Shown here: positions 1 through 15,566 of the stretch, one piece after another
How positions within the stretch are numbered: position 1 is the stretch's first letter
Layout: the number at the start of each line of letters is the position of its first letter
Source of the DNA: the human T2T-CHM13v2.0 reference genome, Homo sapiens
Assembly (NCBI RefSeq): GCF_009914755.1
Contig: NC_060927.1
Reading direction: 5' to 3' (one strand)
DNA: 64,000 nucleotides
Notes under the pieces: model-generated
Databases searched by the model: none
What the model was told of the DNA's origin: nothing
What the model saw: the letters and a program-made list of their open reading frames with translations, nothing else
Position numbers and translations under genes: made by a program

Positions 1-716
1 CATTCATAAAAATAATGATTAGTTTTCTGGATGAAGAACTGAGGCCCAGAAGTTAACTAGATTAGTGGCTCAAGCTAGGCTGCATTTTAGAATCAAGGCC
101 ACTGATGCCCAAGTCATAGTGACCAGTGGCATCAGAATCTCTTGGGGTGGGATCCTTTTATTATTATTTTGTAAAGACCCCTAAGTTAAACTTGAAAAGT
201 GAATTAGCTCATATTAGGTCAGAGATTAATACAAGTTTTACTACTGATTATCTTACCCTAGCAAGTACAGGTTAGTTTTTGTGATTTTCTTATGTATGCT
301 GTTTCTAATAAAAAAAGAGGTTGATCTCTTGCTCAATGCAACTAAAAGGTGGGCTATAAAATGACACAGGTGATCACAACTCTATCCAAAGACTAGTGAT
401 GCACCATACTTAATCTCAGCACTAGTTCTTATCCTCAGGTGCTTGTCATTCATTCTTGGGACTTCAAAATAAATACAGATATAGATATCCAGGAACTGCT
501 TTAGACTAGATAAATCAAAATCAGTCACTAAGAGAGACATCTGAGCATATGAACTTTTAAAAAGGTTCATGATTTTGATGCCTCACCCTGGATGGAGCTC
601 TCTCATAGTATGCCACATGGTATGTCCTTAGCTGTATTCAGTAAAATTACAGGGAAGCAGATGCCAGTTTAAGAGAAAACAATGAAAATAATTTAGGGCT
701 ACCCAGTAATAATGGA

Positions 717-1013
717 TTTTTTTTTTTTTTTTTTTGAGATGGAGTCTTGCTTTGTTGCCAGGCTGGAGTGCAGTGGCACGATCTCGGCTCACTGCAACCT
801 GCTTTCCCGGGTTCAAGCAATTCTCCTGCCTCAGCCTCCCTAGTAGCTGGGACAACAGGCATGCGCCACCATGCCCAGCTAATTTTTGTATTTTTAGTAG
901 AGATGGGGTTTCATCATGTTGGCCAGGATGGTCTCAATCTCTTGACCTCATGATCCGCCCGCCTCTGCCTCCAAAAGTGCTGGGATTATAGGTGTGAGCC
1001 ACCGCGCCCGGCC
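717..1013 (-). mobile_element. Alu (AluSc-like)
   Basis: Poly(T), dimeric Alu body, ends CCCGGCC. Confidence 0.95.
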
Positions 1014-1844
1014 TGGAATGGTTTTAAAGCAGTGAGCTCTCTGTGGAGGGAAGAATAAAAGCAAAGGTTGAATTACCACTCACTGGGAATGCTATCAAGG
1101 GGTTTCCAAATTCAGTAAGTACTTGGATCACATGATATTTGAGTTTCCTCACAATTCTTAAGTTTCTAAAGCCAAAACTTCCAATAGATCACATTTAATG
1201 GATGTAGACATTGTCATGAAAACTCATGATTTTACCAGAAATTATCACAGTTATTTTGTCTGTAAAATGGATTAGAATTTAGTAGTACTGGTGGAACATT
1301 GCCTCTGACATGAGTCTTATTGCGGGGAATACGTTTCCCCTCCTCTTCATGCTTGGATGGAGGGAAGGGAACTTCTCCTTGCTCCTCCAAAGCGAGAAGT
1401 GTAGGAAAAAGCTCTCTGAACCCTCATTCATTCCTTCCCAACAAAGAACTGTCTCATCCCATGGGTGATACAAGAAGGAACTGAGCATGTGTGGTCCAGC
1501 CCTTGGTGGACCTTGAAAGCTAACTGGTCTCAGAATGCAAAGATGAGCTCTGCCCCAAGAAGGCAGAGGCCCGCAGTTCTCTCCAATCAGGGAGAAATAT
1601 TACAGTGTCTGATTGGAGAAAAATTCAACCTTCTCTATTTCAGCTTATTCACTGATAAAGTGGATATTTTTCTCTTCCTCTGACTCCTGTTTCTTATTTC
1701 TCAATTTGTTCCAAAGTGAAGAGGGGAATAAGAGAGTTACCTGTTGGTGTCCTTAAACCCCTCACCTATCACAATACAGCAATAAACTGTAACTGTCCAT
1801 CTCTATGACACTTGTGTTCTGAAATGGCATTGCATTATTTTTTT

Positions 1845-2905
<1,061 letters not shown>

Positions 2906-2950
2906 TACCATTTTTAATCGTTTCTTAAATTCTCAAAATTGGAGAACTAG

Positions 2951-3410
2951 GTGTGGTGGATGTTTTCTGTTTGCTCCTCTAACCTACACTATGTTCCCTC
3001 CCTCCACTCTGCTCTATGTCCTGGGAGGCTGACCTGTCTGAACCTTATCAGTGCGCTCCCTTGTCTTTTGGCACCTGATTGGGTTCAGCTCATGGGGAGC
3101 CCAGACTGTGAAGTCAGGGCATTAATGTATCACTTTACCTCTTACCTGCAGGTCTCAGCTTCTAATAGGATGTCCTCTCAATAGGATCTGTGCCCCTATC
3201 TCCATCTCTGCACCCCCCTTCTCCTCCTTCCCTCTCTGTCTCTCCCTTGACCCCCAACATGCTTCACCCTTATTTTGCTCCTTTAGGACTTTGGTAATTA
3301 TCTTTCCTTATACCCTCCCTACACTTTTATAACTAGTATCTATTTTAAATTCTCCTTAAATTATTCAACCTGAGTATGTTATCTCTTTCCTGCCTGGACC
3401 CCAACACATA
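2951..3410 (+). mobile_element. ERVL solo LTR (LTR33-like)
   Basis: Starts TGTGGTGGATGTTTTCTGTTTGC, contains GGGAGGCTGACCTGT, and ends TTTCCTGCCTGGACCC, resembling the LTR33 consensus. Confidence 0.6.
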
Positions 3411-3418
3411 CTTTAGGT

Positions 3419-4475
3419 CAGTGGTTTTAAACTGGGGACAATTTTACCCTCCGGGAAACATTTGGTAGTATCTAGAGACACTATTTTGTTTTGTTGGTTT
3501 TAAATTTTATTTTAAGTTCAGGGGTACATGGGCAGGTAAACTACATGTTGCATGGGTTTGGTATACAGATCATTTTGTCACTGATGTAATAAGAATATTA
3601 TCCTATAGGTAGTTTTTTGGTCCTCTCCCGTCTTCTACCCTCCACCCTCAAGTAGTCCCTGGTGTCTGCTGTTCCCTTCTTTGTGTCCATATGCACTCAG
3701 TGTTTAGCTCCCACTTATGAGTGAGAACATGTGGTATTTCGTTTTCTATTCCTGTTAGTTCACTTAGTATAATGACTTCCAGCTCCACCTATGTTGCTGC
3801 AAAGGGCATAATCTTGCTCTTTTTTATGACTGCATGGTGTTCCATGGTGTATATGTACCACATTTTCTTTATCTAGTCTACTATTGATGGGCACCCAAGT
3901 TGATTCCATATCTTTGCTATTGTGAACAGTGCTGCAATGATCATATAAGTGCAATTGTCTTTATGGTAAAATGATTTATATTCCTTTCAGTATATAACCA
4001 ATAATGGGATTGCTGAATCGAATGGTAATTCTGCTTTGAGTTCTTTGAGAAATCACCAAACTGCTTTCCACAGTGGTCGAACTAATTTACATTCCCACCA
4101 GTAGTGTATAAGCATTCCTTTTTTTCCAAAACCTTGCCAGCGTCTATTATTTTTTGACTTTTTAATACTAACCATTCTGACTGGTGCGAGCTAGTATCTC
4201 ACTGTGGTTTTGATTTGCATTTCTCTAATGATTGTGATATTGAACATTTTTTCACGTGCTTGTTGGCCACATGTATGTCATCTTTTGCGAAGTGTCTGTT
4301 CATGTAGAGACCCTGTTGATGGTCACAACTAGAGGTGGTTTGGGGATGTTTGCTACTGGCATCTAGTGAGTAGAGGGCAGGGATGCTACTAAATCCTGCA
4401 ATGCACAGAACAGTCCCCTACATCAGACAGTTATCCAGCCCAGATGTCAGTAGTGTTGAGGTTGAGAAACCCCAC
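3419..4475. mobile_element. MER20 (hAT-Charlie) DNA transposon split by an L1 insertion
   Basis: CAGTGGTTTTAAACTGGGG at 3419; resumes at 4305 with GCTACTGGCATCTAGTGAGTAGAGG...GAGGTTGAGAAACCC. Confidence 0.85.
3486..4304 (-). mobile_element. 5'-truncated older L1PA 3' fragment
   Basis: L1 3' UTR and ORF2 end in antisense. TSD TAGAGACACTATT (3473-3485) / TAGAGACCCTGTT (4305-4317). Confidence 0.92.
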
Positions 4476-4775
4476 TTTAGATCTTCACTCACATCTGCTA
4501 TCACAGCACAACCGTAAAGTCAACAGACGTTTACAAACTGCATATAAATAAGAACCACTGAAATTCCAAGTTACAATGTTAACTGAAAGTTAAGGATGGA
4601 GTTATTTTGCTGAAATTAAATTGCTGCTCACAATACAAGGGTGGCCCTGACTGCTTTGGTGCTAGTTGTTTTTCAGTTTGTTGTATCTAAACTCCATAAG
4701 CTGGAGGATAACTCACTTCTCTTAGTATGTCTCTCTACAAAAGCTACCAGAAAATTACAAAATGGTTGTTCCTAG

Positions 4776-5123
<348 letters not shown>

Positions 5124-6944
5124 ACCAATATAATTTTTAATCTAAAGTCTACCATTATTATTCTTCTCATTAACCCTCATTGATTGAAGCTATGTTCATT
5201 GGTGCCAATATGTTCATAAATGCAATTGCAAAGGAGGGAGGGCCCTATGGCCCTATGGTAATACTTAGTCCTTCAGATATTTTTTAAGCTATCATAGAAA
5301 TTAAGGCAGGATATTTAAATAAAATGTAGAAGACTCATAGAAACTTTAGAATCTATCCCTGGAGTCCTGTGAGAGAAACACTGTTCTGGTGTTTGATGGA
5401 AAATAGGAGTAGCCCTAGTTTCTCCCCATGGTTGGTGATGGAAATGCAGAAAGCTTCCACTGTGGACAGAAGGTTTTGATAATGGACAACTACAGCTTTC
5501 TTCTTGGCTGTAATTTTTTCAGGTGCTTCAAAGATGAAGAAAGTTCTTTCTAATAAAATCTTTATCCCCAAGTGGTACACAGAAGGGGGTTCTTACGTAT
5601 TCCAATCAACATGTTTTCCTTTCTCAGCTGTGGCTCTCTAGATGAACTTCCCTTGTAATAGGAAGGAAGATAACAACATGAGGTTTTTCTCTGCATGAGA
5701 AAGATTTGTTTAGTTTCCTCCTTTTTCCCCTGGCTGGGGAGGTGTATAAGCTTCTAAAGGCTGAGGAGTTTTTTCTGTACAGACCTGTGTTGCCAAGGGC
5801 TGTATTCCAAATTCCATGAGGACAATACAGACCTTATTCCTGTATCTAATAACACATTCAACTGACCATATCTAACACAAAATCTTGTGTTGCTTTTTAT
5901 TTTGTTTACGTGTTAGCACCTTTTGCAAATCTAAAACAATTATGAAATCATTTAAAAACAATAAGGCTTAAATGCAAATACTCAAATGTTATTAAACTGT
6001 TAGCATCTTGCTGAATTATTTCCTTATGGTTAATTACTTCATTTCTTTATAGCCAGCCATGATGGATTGCCAGTTAGGGTTGTTTCCTACTTTGTAAGAA
6101 AATATAGTTACATGCTTTGAAACTGCTCAGGATACCCACAACAACTTTCAAAATAGTCTCATAGCAATTTTTTGTTGCTTTTTTTTTGGGGGGGGGGGCC
6201 TTCATTTTAATTTGGTTTTTATTTTTAAATAAATATTTAGCTACCATGATTTTGATGAAAAGCTCTTTACTGGCTTAATGAAGGATTTTTATGGATCTAT
6301 ATAACATCAGTGTCTTAATTACTACAAATGGATAATAAACCCTTTCTCATATATGAGAATGGGAAACACACAGAGTGAGCACCATTAGGAACAATTGGAT
6401 TTTCACTTGATAATTCAGTTAAAAAAAAAAAAAAGTAAATACTGCAAATAACAGCCCAAGGGGGAGTCTCTGCAGCTCCACCAGAAACCATAGAGCATAA
6501 CTAATTCTTACAGAGATTTTCTCCGTGTTTTTCAGGCTGTGTCAAAAGCAAAATATACATTCATGCAGGGAATGAAATAGTTGTTCATTTGGTGGGTGCT
6601 AATTAATTTCTCTCTGTTCACTGGAGACATTTAATTCCTCATCATAAAAGGTTCTTGAATTTAGGAAGATACCCAGAGAGGAATATATGGCTCAAGGCAA
6701 GTAGCTACAGTATACCAGGAGTATTGAAGATTCTTAAGATGTGTGTATGGCTTTAGGGAATTCACTTGGTTTTAGAAACTCACTTCTTGCTCATTTATAC
6801 TGGCCTATGTCTGGTTAGCAAAAGGCCAATCAGAAAATAGTCTCGGAAAGATAGTGGTTTCACTACTTCACATAAGAAAATGAAGAGCTGTTTGGTAGAT
6901 CTCGAATGAGTTACCGAAATATCTCACTCTTAATAATTTCCTAA

Positions 6945-7107
6945 GCAGAGATTTTCAAACTAGAACGTGCCAAAAACGTCCTGAAAATGAGGTAAAATGC
7001 AGATTTGGGGGCTTTGCTCTGTGATAGTGATTCAGCAGTTTTGGGTAGAGTCCAGGGATCTTTGATAACTACCACACACAAGGAAACACATTTTGAAAAC
7101 ACTGGTT
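6945..7107. mobile_element. MER5-type DNA transposon fragment
   Basis: Motifs AAAATGCAGATT, GATTCAGCAG and CACATTTTGAAAACACTGG. Confidence 0.5.
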
Positions 7108-8236
7108 TCTTTTGGTAGATTAAATGTTCCCCTTGGCATTGCCCCTCTTCTTTTTCTTTTATTGTTTTTCTACTATGTAAAAGTATTTAATTTTTCCCAC
7201 CCCCTAATCAGGTGGGCCCAAATTTGAAATATTAAAGTCTGCTTATATGTAGAAGCATGTTTTTCCCTCTTCTTGGCCATCCAGTGTGTTCAGAGTCTTT
7301 ATATTATAGTATCCCAGAGATCATTCTAGAAATGGAATGACAACTGTTTGCAAAACGTGACTCATACATTGAGTACCTAACTGTATCTTTACCTTTTTCA
7401 TAGCTCTGGCTTGAATTGAGGTAGGGGGCCTAAAGACTCTAGGGCCTAGATTTGAAGAAAGATTGTGTTCCCAGCTCCAAAAACATAATTTGTAGGCTGC
7501 TTCTTGTAAGATTTGGGGCCTGTGTTTACAATGATATTTGATTAAAGATAAAGTTTAACGATTTATTTGGGACTTAGCATCTATTTCCAATAGCATAAAG
7601 CATTTCCTTTGCCCTGTACTTTGCTCCCCTCTGTACCCTACCCCCATTTAAAAATTCTCAATGTTCTATAGTGCCTCATTTATTTTCAAACAAGCTGATT
7701 GCAAAACCAGAACATTTTTTTTTCTACTTCAATTCCAGAATCTATGAAGTTGTCCTATTTTTCCCACCATATCTAACCCAAGGGGACCACTGATGTCATA
7801 CATAATTCCTATATTGAACTTATGAGGTCAAAAATTAAGGTTTCCATTTTGATTCAAAAAGTAACGCAGTTTTAATTCTTAAAAGATTAAGAAAATACAA
7901 AGGAGAAAATGAACATTGCTCAGTTCTACTTCCCTCAGATAATTCAGTTAATATTTTGGCATAGTTGACTCTTAATCTTCCAAACTTAGATTTTATTCAA
8001 GAGCTTGCATTTTACAGCACTCCCTGTTAGAACGTTTTTGACAACATCTGATCTATATAGCCACACTTTGCCTTTCTTTTGGAGTACCTCTTAAGAGGAG
8101 AAAGAACTGTGGAGTTCTTAGAGATGCGTCCAAGGCCTTATAACAATTCTGTTGCTGACTCCTTTCCTACTTGGTTCTCTCTCCCCACCCTCTTGGAAGT
8201 TTTATGAGATCCAATTTGGGACTAGTATAATAAATC

Positions 8237-8415
8237 ATCTCCTCACCCTCCTCTCTCTCCCTCTCTCTTCCCTCCCCCTTTTTTCTTCTCTTTCCTCCCC
8301 CTTCTCCTCTTTCCTCTTTTTCCTTCTCCCCCTCCTTCTTCCTCCTCCTCCCCTCTCCCTCTCCTCTTCTTTTTCCTCCTCTTTCCTCCTCCTTCTCCTG
8401 CTTCTTCTCCCCCAC
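8237..8415. repeat. CT-rich polypyrimidine low-complexity tract
   Basis: Almost pure C/T run on the + strand. Confidence 0.9.
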
Positions 8416-8689
8416 CACATCTTTTCTCAGCTGGCCCTGTCTGGATGAAAGCAAACCTTCCCAAGGGACTCTCATCCATCCATACCCATGTGACACACTA
8501 GTGATGTGGATTTTTCTCTCTGTTGTGACTGCTGTAATTTGATATTTGCCATGCCAATAGCCACCACATGCTTTCTTTTAGTTAATGACATTTATTTGAC
8601 ATCCTCTGTCACATGAGTAATCTTTAACCTATGCAGTCCATCTGTCTTCTTTTGGTGGCAATTTTTGTTCAAATAATAGCAGTGGCGTA

Positions 8690-8895
8690 TATCCACCACT
8701 TTTTGAACACTTCCAGCGTGCCAGGTGCTGGGGTGAATAAATATATTTACTCACATAATCCTTGCATCTCTTTTTGAGGTCAATGGGGGCATCATGATTT
8801 GACAAGTGAGACGCTGAGGCTCAGAGGGTTAAGGAATTTGCCTTAGTGTGGCGGAGCTGGGATTCCACCCCTGGTCGCCTGGATGCTAAAGTCAG
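8690..8895. mobile_element. MIR
   Basis: MIR core GACGCTGAGGCTCAGAGGGTTAAGGAATTTGCC...GGAGCTGGGATTC. Confidence 0.75.
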
Positions 8896-9524
8896 TGAAT
8901 TAACAAAATGTCCTCCCCAAAATTGAAGGAGCTTTAGAAAATGGCATTAAGATGTCTGCTGGTTGAGTGACCTCATAGAACAGAAGAGGTTTATTCTGCC
9001 AGGAGCGTCAGTGCAATGAAAAGACTCCCATGGAATCTCAAGAGGTCCAAGTTCTAATGCAGTTATTCTCAAGGTCCTACCAACCCAGTCTCTCATGCTC
9101 AAGGCATCCCAGACTTTAGGTCCATCCCGGAGGCTTTGTCTATGTTCAGTGATGCCTAGGGCTCTAGTTTGACATCTTGAACAAAGCTCTTGGAGGACTC
9201 AGACAGTGAAGAACTTCTTGTTACAACCACAAGAAGTCTTACTTAGGAACTGTTGTCTGACTGAGCCAGGAAGCAGACAAGACGGTGTAGGTTGTGGAAA
9301 TACTCCATTTGTTTGGGGTGAGACTGGTCATGGGATGAGAGCTGGTGAAATGGGACCTGCTGTATTTCTTATATAGAAAGAGGATAAATCTTCAGGCAAA
9401 GGGAAGGTGGAAATCTGGCTTGGAGTCTGGGAAGCCCATCCTAGAAGAGAGTAGGTGGACACCCTAGTGTAATGGCATCCCAGTGTAAGCTCCACTAAGT
9501 GACCCTCGAAACCTGTCAGACCCT

Positions 9525-9846
9525 GGCCGGGCACGATGGCTCATGCCTGTAATCCCAGCACTTTGGGAGGCAGTGGAGGGGGTGGATCACGAGGTCAGGA
9601 GTTCAAGACCAGCCTGGCCAAGGTGGTGAAACCCCATCTCTACTAAAAAAATACGAAAAATTAGCTGGGCTTGGTGGTGGTTGCCTGTAATCCCAGCAAT
9701 TCAGGAGGCTGAGGCAGGAGAATTGCTTGAACCCGGGAGGCGGAGGTTTCAGTGAGTTGAGATTGCGCCACTGCACTCTAGCCTGGGTGACAGAGCTAGA
9801 CTCCGTCTCAAAAAACAAACAAACAAACAAACAAACAAACAAACAG
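9525..9846 (+). mobile_element. Alu (AluSg-like) with (AAAC)n tail
   Basis: Starts GGCCGGGC. TSD AAACCTGTCAGAC on both sides. Confidence 0.95.
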
Positions 9847-10659
9847 AAAAACCTGTCAGACTCGAATTTTATTTTAGTCAAATTTAGGACAGAATTTCTT
9901 AAGGAAAATAAAATCAAGAATTTCAACTCTTGTTTTGGTTGTTTGGAGGCTGACGATGAAGGGGAATAAACAAGATGATTTTCCTCTTCAATAAAGATTT
10001 ACCTGTAGGAGAGACCTCCTATATTTGACCCCTCCCTTCTTTATATGACAAAATTATTTTCAGGAACAATTATGAAATGAAACAAAGGATAGTAATGGAC
10101 AAAAAGGACACTCAGTCTATATTTTCTTTTATCAACTTTATGTATGGTCATGCTATTAAAAAATAAATGTTACTGCACCAAAATGGAAAAAAAGGAGTGA
10201 ACTAAAACTTGATTATATTAATGTGTTTTTTTAAATGGGGAGAATCTTTATACAGATATTCTATTGTAGTAATATAGTTTTTTTTTAAAGCTTCTGCCAG
10301 TCTGTCAATTACTTTAATAAAGTGGATCTTCACATATGCAGGTTTAGCAGATGGTAGCCAGTTTTGTCAAGCTATCCTTGCTCATGATTGGTCACACAAC
10401 AGTTATTAATTTTAATTTTAAAACATTTCTTTCATACACAGCAACAGATATACAAATACTGGGGAAAGTCTTAAATATAAGGCTAAATTTGACAGTGATT
10501 CCTAAAAATAGTGTTTCACCGCACGTTCTAGAATTCACAACATTGCCCATATCTTTGTTTATTCAGGATGGATTTTAGGGGGTTTCAAACGTCTTTGCAC
10601 TTGAAAAAATTTAAACATAAACACTCCAATTGATCACACTAAATGACACAATTGAATGA

Positions 10660-11159
<500 letters not shown>

Positions 11160-12876
11160 TGACTATAATACATTCTCAGAATTTACTTTCATGTAGAATA
11201 TGATGTTTATTAAAGGATAAATTGGAAAGCCATGCTAATTTGAAGCTTACATATATGTATTATTGAAACTGAACAGAGTAACCACGATTATTTAGACTTG
11301 CACCAATGAAAGTTTTTTGTTGTTTTTGTTTTACGGATAATTTTTTCATTAACATTCTTTAGTTGCCAGTGTATGGTGATTATGAAAAGGAGACCAACTC
11401 CTAGGTACTGTAGTTTTATTGTCGTTTTTTATTTCCAGGATCATATACCCTGCCTGGCCCTCAGTAATCTCTATTGAAAGGATTGCTTTGGCTTCAGATG
11501 TTTTGAGCTATTTCTAGCCCATTTCAAGACTCTCTTTTCCCACCACTTTTCTCCAATGAGAGGTCCTCAAGAACAGAATCTGGGCCAGGGTTAGGATTCT
11601 TTGGAAATGCAGTCTTTTGGAGGATGTAGTCCAGTCTGAGTGTATGAGCCATTGCTCTACCCCCATGAAAATAGGAGCTCTAAGTCGCCCACCAGAGGGG
11701 GTGAATTTGTCTCAATCACTGTCATGCTCACTCCCAACCCCCAGGTGTCTCACTGTGGTCAGAATGCCCTATAACTCTAGTATAGAGCAAAGGTAAATTG
11801 TCGGTATCAAGATTGGATCTCTTTACCAAGGTGCTTAAATATACCAGCCCTCCCCCTTGCTACCTGAGGCAGAAATAGCGCCAACCCAGCTCTTCGAGCC
11901 ATGCCAGCAAGTTGTTTCGGTCTTTGCTTTTTTTTTGTTTTTCATCAGCTGTACTTATCCCCCCTCCCCCAGTTGCGATTTTTTTCTAAAATGGCTGCTG
12001 AATGGCACCATGTATCAGGAGACAATCTTGATCAGCTAATCCCATTAGGAGATGGCCCCTTTGCTGGACAATCTCATCAGAAATTCCCCTGGAGGAAAAA
12101 TTAGTATTAAATTTGGTTGAGGGAATCCTAATTACATACAAAGACAGCCCCTATAAAATATGTCCTTTGTGTGATAAGACCGAAAAGACCCAGGCATTCA
12201 TCCTTATTTTGCTAGTGCTCACTTCTTAGAGATTTTATTTTTACCATAGAAACAATAAATACAGCAAGTGTCTTCCATTTTCAGTGTGGGATAGAATCCT
12301 TACTGAAATTAGGAGCATTGGGAGCCTCTGAGACTAATAAGTCTACAGAACATCTGGAAGAGGGGCAAATAAAATGTTTCTTGCAGGATTTTTAGGGAGA
12401 AACAAATGGGACTTGGGGAGTAGGAGGTAGGTGACTGAAAGTGCTTTGTTTCACATGAAAGATAAAACATGATTAGGCCAGGAGGTTCCCAAGGAACCCT
12501 GAATAATACAAACCAAAGCCTATTAGGCATCAGGTACTTCATGTGTGAGGGGTTGTTTGCCAGTCCAGGGCCTATTTGCCTCTGATCCGTTCTTTGTTGC
12601 TCTACTACTGTGCTCAAGGAAGAGGGGATTGACCCTCGCAGGCTGTGTTTCTCAGGTTCTTTTATCACCTGTCTGGGTTGGGCCAATGGGATGCAGGGGT
12701 GGGAGGTTAGAGGCCAGGGGGCAGGAATAAACAAGGGAATCTTCCCCACTAGCCCTACCTTTCTGCCTTGGGCAGTGTTTCTGGCAGCAGCTCTGTCTCC
12801 ATTGTATGCCTGAAGGCATGTGATGGTTCTAGCTTATGCTGGTGGCCCCAGGTCCCGGGCTTAGATAAAGCCACCC

Positions 12877-13273
12877 CGAGTTAGTTCATTTTGTGTTGCT
12901 GTAAAAGAACATCTGAGACTGGGTAATTTATAAAGAAAAGAGGTTTATTTGACTCACTGTTCTGCAGGCTGTACAAGAAGCACAGTGCTGGCATCTGCTT
13001 CTGGTGAGGGCCTCAGGAAGCTTCCGGTAATGGCAGGAGGTGAAGGGGGAGCTGGTGCATCACACGGTGAGAGGTGGGGCAAGAGAGGGGATATCCCAGG
13101 TTCTTTTCTAACAACCAGATCTCATGTGAATTTATTACTATGAGGAGGGCACCAAGCCATTCATGAGGGATCTGCCCCCATGACCCAAACACTTTTCACC
13201 AGGCCCCAACTCCAGCATTGGGAATCACATTTCAACAGGAGATTTGGAGATGGCAAACATTCAAACCATATCA
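12877..13273 (-). mobile_element. MaLR LTR (MSTB-like)
   Basis: CTGAGACTGGGTAATTTATAAAGAAAAGAGGTTTA...AAACCATATCA. Confidence 0.9.
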
Positions 13274-13299
13274 CACTTCTTCTATTTCTTTTTTAGAAA

Positions 13300-14473
13300 T
13301 TTTTTCTTTTTTTTATTATTATACTTTAAGTTCTAGGGTACATATGCACAAGTGCAGGCTCGTTACAGAAGTATACATGTGCCATGCTGGCCCGCTGCAC
13401 CCATCAACCCATCATTTACATTAGGTGTTTCTGCCAATGCTATCCCTCCCCCATCCCCCCACCCCACGACAGGCCCCAGTGTGTGATGTTCCCCACCCTG
13501 TGACCAAGTGTTCTCATTGTTCAATTCCCACCTACGAGTGAGAACATGTGGTGTTTGGTTTTCTGTCCTTGCAATAGTTTGCTCAGAATGATGGTTTCCA
13601 GCTTCATCCATGTTCCTGCAAAGGACATGAACTCATCCTTTTTTATGGCTGCATAGTATTCCATAGCGTATATGTGCCACATTTTCTTAATCCAGTCTAT
13701 CATTGATGGACATCTGGGTTGGTTCCAAGTCTTTGCTATTGTGAATAGTGCCGAAATAAACATACGTGTGCATGTGTCTTTATAGCAGCATGATTTATGA
13801 TCCTTTGGGTATATACCCAGTAATGGGATTGCTGGGTCAAATGGTATTTCTAGCCCTAGATCCTTGAGGAATCACCACACTGTCTTTCACAGTGGTTGAA
13901 CTAGTTTATACTCCCACCAACAGTGTCAAAATGTTCCTATTTCTCCACATCCTCTCCAGCATCTGTTGTTTCCTGACTTTTTAATGATCTTCATTCTAAC
14001 TGGTGTAAGATGCTATCTCATTGTGGTTTTGATTTGCATGTCTCTGATGGCCAGTGATGATGAGCACTTTTTCACATGTCTGTTGGCTGCATAAATGTCT
14101 TCTTTTGAGAAGTGTCTGTTCATATCCTTTGCCCACCTTTTGATAGGGTTGTTTGTTTTTTTCTTGTAAATTTGTTTAAGTTATTTGTAGATTCTGGTTA
14201 TTAGCCCTTTGTCAGATGGGTAGATTGCAGAAATTTTCTCCCATTCTGTAGGCTGCCTGTTCATTCTGATGGTAGTTTCTTTTGCCGTGCAGAAGCTCTT
14301 TAGTTTAATTAGATCCCATTTGTCTGTTTTGGCTTTTGTTGCCATTGCTTTTGGTGTTTTAGTCATGAAGTCCTTGCCCATGCCTATGTCCTGAATGGTA
14401 TTGCCTAGGTTTTCTTCTAGGATTTTTATGGTTTTAGGTCTAATATTTAAGTTTCTACTCCATCTTGAATTAA
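13300..14473 (-). mobile_element. 5'-truncated young L1PA (about 1.2 kb)
   Basis: ORF2 C-terminal peptides ([31 protein letters not shown]) and a primate L1 3' UTR. Confidence 0.95.
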
Positions 14474-14778
<305 letters not shown>

Positions 14779-14788
14779 TAAAAAAAAA

Positions 14789-14951
14789 TTTTTTTAACTT
14801 TTATTTTAGATACAGAGGGTACGTGTGCTGATTCGTTACATGGGTATATTGTACTCAGGTCACAAGCATAGTACCAAAGAGGTAGTTTTTCAACCCACCC
14901 CTCTCTTTCTTCCTCCCCTCCAAGTAGTCCACAGTGTGGACTATTCCCATA
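14789..14951 (-). mobile_element. Short older L1PA 3' UTR fragment
   Basis: AACTTTTATTTTAGATACAGAGGGTAC...GTAGTCC...TTCCCAT. Confidence 0.8.
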
Positions 14952-15026
14952 CAACTAGATTATTTATACTAACTTAGAATTAAGATGGTTGACAAAGAAC
15001 TGTAGCTAACTTTCTTGGGATTTTAA

Positions 15027-15255
15027 TTATTTTTTAACTTTTAAGTTCAGGGGTACAAGTGCAGGTTTGTGACATAGGTAAACTTGTATCATGGTGCTTG
15101 TTGTACAGATTATTTCCTCATTCAGGTATTAAGCCTAGTACCCATTGGTTATTTTTCTTGATTCTCTCCTTCCTCCCACTCCCCACCCTGTGAAAGGCAC
15201 CAGTGTGTGTTGTTTCCCTCTGTGTGTCCATGCGTTGTCATTGTTTAGCTCCCAC
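15027..15255 (-). mobile_element. Short older L1PA 3' UTR fragment
   Basis: TTTTAAGTTCAGGGGTACAAGTGCAGGTTTG...TTTAGCTCCCAC. Confidence 0.85.
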
Positions 15256-15265
15256 CTGTTTCTTT

Positions 15266-15566
15266 TTCTTTTTTCTTTTTTTTTTGAGACAGAGTCTCAC
15301 TCTGTCGCCCAGGCTGCAGTGCAGTGGTGTCATCTCGGCTCACTGCAAGCTCTGCCTCCCGGGTTCATGCCATTCTCCTGCCTCAGCCTCCTGAGTAGCT
15401 GGGACTATAGGTGCCTGCCACCACGCCTGGCAAGTTTTTTGTGTTTTTAGTAGAGACAGGGTTTCTCCATGTTAGCCAGGATGGTCTTGATCTCCTGGCC
15501 TCGTGATCTGCCTGCCTTGGCCTCCAAAAGTGCTGGGATTACAGGCATGAGCCACCGCGCCTGGCC
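15266..15566 (-). mobile_element. AluY-like
   Basis: TSD CCCACCTGTTTCTTT at 15251 and 15568. Confidence 0.95.

Noticed and set aside
734-991. Many 60-130 aa ORFs containing peptides such as [12 protein letters not shown] or [11 protein letters not shown], here and across the window
   Set aside because: Standard Alu translations.
8152-8496. Glu/Arg/Lys-rich and Leu/Ser-rich ORFs
   Set aside because: Artefacts of the polypyrimidine tract. The same applies at 37351-37669.
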